A stretch of DNA of 39,631 nucleotides from an uncultured Methanosarcinales archaeon (GTDB taxonomy: Archaea; Nanobdellota; Nanobdellia; Woesearchaeales; B54-G15), in contig CAZFJK010000007.1 in assembly GCA_964519225.1 (NCBI GenBank), positions 1 to 39,631 of the forward strand. The letters are read 5' to 3'. A program made the translations under genes and the position numbers. This document shows positions 35,626 to 39,631 of this stretch, in pieces (positions within the stretch are counted from its first letter, which is position 1; every line of letters begins with the position of its first letter). Under the pieces are notes generated by a model. It was not told where the DNA came from, searched no databases, and saw nothing but the letters and a program-made list of their open reading frames with translations.

Positions 35626-36843
35626 TTATAATAAATCATTTACATCCATAACATTCAACCTGCTTTCTATCTTGCTCTTATCAGGCACAAACAAAAATTT
35701 TTTATCGCCTTCTATTTTAGAAAGATTCTCTTCTGCCTTTCTCACATCCTTTTTACTAACTCTTCCCCATTTTATTTCAGCTAAAATTTTCGGTTTATTG
35801 AATCTCGTTAAACAGCAATCTATCTCTAAATCTCTTTTCTGCAAAATCGTTTCTTTCAAACCAAACTTCTTTGCCAGAAACATCCTAACGTTATCTTCAA
35901 CAATGGAAGGAAAAACCTCATCAACGACCCTTTTTAACTCTTCCTTGCTAATCGCTCTTTCTGATATGTTATATTTCTCATCAGCATAATAATACAACCA
36001 AGCAAGAGGAGACGAATGCCTGTAGATAAATCGCCTCTTACCGAATACTTCTATTTTCCTCAAAATTCCGAAGTCAACAAGATTCTTTAAGTATGGCTGA
36101 ACCAAGCTAGGATCGTTCTTCTCAATATCCTTTCTTGCATACAAATAATCAGATATCTCATTCGATGTTATTTTTCCCTGAGCAACAGCTCTAAGCACAC
36201 CTTCGTAAACAGCAGATAAACTTCTTTCTTCTTCAAGGAAAATCTCCCCGATTAGTGCAGGCACTGTTCTTAGCAAACTTAAAATCATCCTAACTGCGCT
36301 TTCCCTTGCTGTTTTGTTCTCATCGAAATAAGTTATTGCAATCGGTTCTCTTATTAAAATAGCGTTTTCTAGAATTTCCCTTTTGTTCTTCTTATATCGT
36401 TTAACACACTTGATGGCATCATCCAAATCTATCAATCCCAAAGGCATTTCAGAAACAAGCCCGAGAACAGGAGATTTGTATCCGAGTATCTTTTTAGACA
36501 AGTATAGCGTCGAAGATATGAGGATAAGCCTTCCTACCTTTCCCAACGAATGAAGAAAATCAAGGAAATCGTCACCCAATCTATGAAACTCATCAACTAC
36601 AACAATACTATCCCTTTCCAATTCTCTTTTCAAGATTTTCAGAAAGCTGTTATATTCCGTCAAACCTTCTTTCTCCGATATAATTGATCTATCCCTTTTT
36701 ACAAAGAAAAAATCATCCCATTTAATAAATCTCTTTACTAAGAAACTTTTACCTGTCTTCCTTCTACCGAATAGCAAAACCCATCTTCCTACCTTCAATT
36801 TTTCTTCCAGTTCATTTACTTCTTTCCGATTTACAATAATCAT
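35626..36843 (-). CDS. archaeal ATPase (COG1672) with wHTH and a C-terminal PD-(D/E)XK (DUF234-like) domain
   Basis: NRKE, GRRKTGKS, VVDEFH, EID...AEIKW. Confidence 0.9.
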   Translation of the reverse strand: MIIVNRKEVNELEEKLKVGRWVLLFGRRKTGKSFLVKRFIKWDDFFFVKRDRSIISEKEGLTEYNSFLKILKRELERDSIVVVDEFHRLGDDFLDFLHSLGKVGRLILISSTLYLSKKILGYKSPVLGLVSEMPLGLIDLDDAIKCVKRYKKNKREILENAILIREPIAITYFDENKTARESAVRMILSLLRTVPALIGEIFLEEERSLSAVYEGVLRAVAQGKITSNEISDYLYARKDIEKNDPSLVQPYLKNLVDFGILRKIEVFGKRRFIYRHSSPLAWLYYYADEKYNISERAISKEELKRVVDEVFPSIVEDNVRMFLAKKFGLKETILQKRDLEIDCCLTRFNKPKILAEIKWGRVSKKDVRKAEENLSKIEGDKKFLFVPDKSKIESRLNVMDVNDLL

Positions 36844-36943
36844 GGTTAGTATAATTATGATTATTTTATTTAAATCTTACGTTCTACATTCTTTACTACT
36901 CCAAAGGAAAAACTTTTAAAACTTTAACTTCGTTTCACCTTAT

Positions 36944-37906
36944 ATGAAAGAGCTTCCGAAGTGGTGCATGTGGTGTCCTTCCATTCCGGTAAATGAATCT
37001 TTTTTACTTCCAGAACTTTTCCAACTCAGCATGGAAGAAATTAACGAGTCATCACTGGATGAACTAGTGACGCAAGTCTTGAATATCAATACAAAAGAAA
37101 AAGTAAGAGCATTGCTTGCTAGACATCCGTCTTTTTACGCCTTATATGCAGGCTTAGAGTGGGCTATAGTTCGTGAAGATCGAAAATTATTCGAATACTT
37201 TATGCGGAGATATCTCCCAAAGCACGAAAGAAACAAGCATTATTTATCTCTTTTTCTACAAAAGGCTTGTCGAAGCGAGTTTCTTTTCTTTGCTGGTAAA
37301 AAAAATCAAGCAGAAAGGAACTATCCCTCAGCGAAAAAAAGATTTTATGCTGGTGCAAACCACCTTGCTTTCCTTTACTCCCAAACGAGCTTTTCTACTT
37401 GGATAAACTTCTTAGAAAACAGATTTCTAAATTCTACAAAGAAGCTCTCACCGAATGAGATATTTCGTTCAATAATTTTTTCAATTTATTTTTTCACAGA
37501 ATTAATTCTAAAAACTGTTTTTTACCCAGCAATTTGCATTTCGAATTTAGAGCAAGAAGAACTTTTGTCCACGTTTGTTTATGAATACTTAGCAAACATC
37601 AAGGACGAACTTAAATCCCACGATCCCAGAACTTTTCCTTTAAGCGGATCAACTTTGACACAGATTACAACATATAGAAACTACATCTTACAGTTAGCAG
37701 AAAAATATATTTCGTTTGTTCTTCCTTATCATAAAAAAATATTTAGAAAAACCTTTAGAACCTTAAAAAATGTCATTCCTTTTTATCCTAAAACACCCGA
37801 AACGAATACCATTTTCGAAGCGTGCGAAAAAAGCTTAGGAATTCCTCCAGAAACTTTTTCAACACCTTTATATAGAGAAGAAAAGAGATCTTGTTATTCT
37901 ACCTAG
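36944..37906 (+). CDS. hypothetical protein (320 aa)
   Basis: Long ORF preceded by a TATA-like CTTTTAAA; no recognised motif; atypical T-rich coding strand. Confidence 0.7.
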   Translation: MKELPKWCMWCPSIPVNESFLLPELFQLSMEEINESSLDELVTQVLNINTKEKVRALLARHPSFYALYAGLEWAIVREDRKLFEYFMRRYLPKHERNKHYLSLFLQKACRSEFLFFAGKKNQAERNYPSAKKRFYAGANHLAFLYSQTSFSTWINFLENRFLNSTKKLSPNEIFRSIIFSIYFFTELILKTVFYPAICISNLEQEELLSTFVYEYLANIKDELKSHDPRTFPLSGSTLTQITTYRNYILQLAEKYISFVLPYHKKIFRKTFRTLKNVIPFYPKTPETNTIFEACEKSLGIPPETFSTPLYREEKRSCYST

Positions 37907-37970
37907 TGTTTTCTAATATACTTAAAAACTGCCGCAAACCATAAATATTCTCTCTTCCCTCCACTACGGC

Positions 37971-38609
37971 ATGTCAAACGATCCGCTAGAAAAAATAAAA
38001 TCATTCGCAAAGAAACATCTTCCAGCTACGCCTTGCCATGATTTTCTTCATGCTGAACGCGTCAGGAAACTTGCCCTGAAAATAGCTAAAGAAGAAAACC
38101 TTCCCTGCAATAGTTTCATCCTTGAGGCATCAGCCTATCTTCACGACATAGCAGACAGAAAATTCTTTCCAAACCACAAAGAGCGCCTGAACATGATACA
38201 ATCTTTCTTAAAATCCATCAAGATTCCAGAAGAAAAAATAAATGCAATCATGCACGTAATCAAAAGCATATCATTCAAAGGAGCAGATGAAAATCCAAAG
38301 ACACCGGAAGCAATAATCCTTCACGATGCAGACAAACTCGATGCCATAGGTGCTATAGGCATAGCAAGGACTTTCGCCTATTGCGGCTACAATAAAGGAA
38401 AATTCTACGACAAGACAAATCCAAAGAATCCAGAAAAAATGACTTACGAAGAATACAGACATTCTACTCCAATCAACCATTTCCATGAAAAACTTCTAAA
38501 AATAAAAGACATTCTTAAAACTAAAACAGCAAAGCGATTAGCAGAAGAACGCCATGAATTCCTCATTAAATTTTTAGAACAATTCATGAAAGAATTAAAA
38601 CAGGATTAA
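37971..38609 (+). CDS. HD-domain metal-dependent phosphohydrolase
   Basis: HDFLHAERV, AYLHDI, DADKLDAIGAIGIAR.F, HFHEKLL. Confidence 0.92.
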   Translation: MSNDPLEKIKSFAKKHLPATPCHDFLHAERVRKLALKIAKEENLPCNSFILEASAYLHDIADRKFFPNHKERLNMIQSFLKSIKIPEEKINAIMHVIKSISFKGADENPKTPEAIILHDADKLDAIGAIGIARTFAYCGYNKGKFYDKTNPKNPEKMTYEEYRHSTPINHFHEKLLKIKDILKTKTAKRLAEERHEFLIKFLEQFMKELKQD

Positions 38610-38614
38610 AATAT

Positions 38615-38887
38615 TCATTCACCAGTTCCCGTCGCTTCCATCAAGGCATAGCTAAGAGCAAAGATGGTAGGATCGCTTGGGGATTCTTTATCCAAAGTCT
38701 CTAAAAATTTTTCCAACTCTTCCTTTTCCAAACCAGAACTCGCCACGAACTTCCTAGCACATCTAATATAATCTCCAGTCCTTACAACAAAATCCCGCTT
38801 CAATTCCTCTTTACTTATCTCTTCTCCATTCAATAAAACATTACGAATCATCCTTCTATAATTCTCGACAAATCTGTCCAGATCCAT
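38615..38887 (-). CDS. hypothetical protein (90 aa)
   Basis: ORF with typical minus-strand codon usage. Confidence 0.6.
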   Translation of the reverse strand: MDLDRFVENYRRMIRNVLLNGEEISKEELKRDFVVRTGDYIRCARKFVASSGLEKEELEKFLETLDKESPSDPTIFALSYALMEATGTGE

Positions 38888-38929
38888 ACCAAATGATGAG
38901 TCTTCTTAATTTTTATTTTTTTCGAGATT

Positions 38930-39631
38930 TCAGCTTTGTGTAAAGCTCTTTCTTATCTCCTCTGCCATTTTTCTAAAATTTTCATCTTCAAGAGCAGCAG
39001 ATAATGGATATTTCGAATGGACTTCATCGAGAAGTTTTTTCTCTCTTCTAACTTTTTCTTTAATTTCTTCAAGACTAAGACCTCTGTATTTATTAAACAT
39101 ACATGACCAAAAACCAGTTTGTTCGTCTCTATTCGTTAAATAGTTAACAATCCTATTAATACCATACTCAGCTGCAAAATTAATTATTGCACACAAAGGT
39201 AAAGTTAACGAAGGCGGCAATCTTATCCTTTGGGATGTAACCAAAGCTTTTATAGCTGCATTTTTTAAAGCTGTTAATCCACCACGCAAACCTCCAGTGC
39301 ATATTGCTATGGAAAGTTCATCTACATCAAATTTTCTTTTTCCACTCACAACCTCAATCAGATAGAATCCTCCACTAAGTACTATTCCAATGCCTTGTCC
39401 GATTTGGTAGCTATAAATAAAGTCCTCCACACTAATCCCATACCTTGCACTACCTTCCTTTATCTGCTTCAGAAATTCATCGGCTTTCTTCTTTATTTCT
39501 TCTCTTGAAAAAGTAGCATAAATCTTATCATCGGGAACTCCAAGCTCTTTTGCCCTCGCTATGCCTTCTTCTGTTCCAGCAATATAAGCATTTGGATGCC
39601 TTTCTAAAAAACCTTTCAACACCTTTGCTTC
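38930..39631 (-). CDS. hypothetical protein, 5' end outside the window
   Basis: Frame open to the window edge; Gly/Ala-rich hydrophobic segments. Confidence 0.65.
   Translation of the reverse strand, partial: EAKVLKGFLERHPNAYIAGTEEGIARAKELGVPDDKIYATFSREEIKKKADEFLKQIKEGSARYGISVEDFIYSYQIGQGIGIVLSGGFYLIEVVSGKRKFDVDELSIAICTGGLRGGLTALKNAAIKALVTSQRIRLPPSLTLPLCAIINFAAEYGINRIVNYLTNRDEQTGFWSCMFNKYRGLSLEEIKEKVRREKKLLDEVHSKYPLSAALEDENFRKMAEEIRKSFTQS

Noticed and set aside
35373..35639. 88-aa ORF on the minus strand
   Set aside because: Antisense shadow of the SRP RNA.

Overview
Gene-dense, AT-rich archaeal chromosome segment with three 100-N scaffold gaps. The gene set and compact spacing point to a DPANN (Woesearchaeota/Nanoarchaeota-like) organism; this is an inference from gene content. 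Housekeeping genes: endonuclease V, topoisomerase VI A and B (B carries a 553-aa LAGLIDADG intein), Pno1/Dim2 KH protein, RIO1, DnaG, a HerA-like ATPase, TrpRS, Tmk, TFS, signal peptidase I, PpsA, TrmB, tRNA-Cys(GCA) and SRP RNA. Both an MtrA-like/ThyA/DUF4346 fusion and a tandem-domain ThyX are present, together with a bacterial-type PlsB-like acyltransferase and a large surface glycoprotein. The most unusual signal is non-coding. Two dispersed copies of an apparently unannotated small-RNA unit lie at 11834-11948 (+) and 24317-24438 (-). Each has a TATA box, a conserved 19-nt box, a 30-33-nt variable segment, an anti-Shine-Dalgarno CACCUCUUUU and a co-varying GC hairpin with tandem G-U pairs followed by a U-tract. 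The first copy heads a cluster of three promoter-plus-structured-RNA units upstream of dnaG, one of which has archaeal H/ACA guide RNA architecture.
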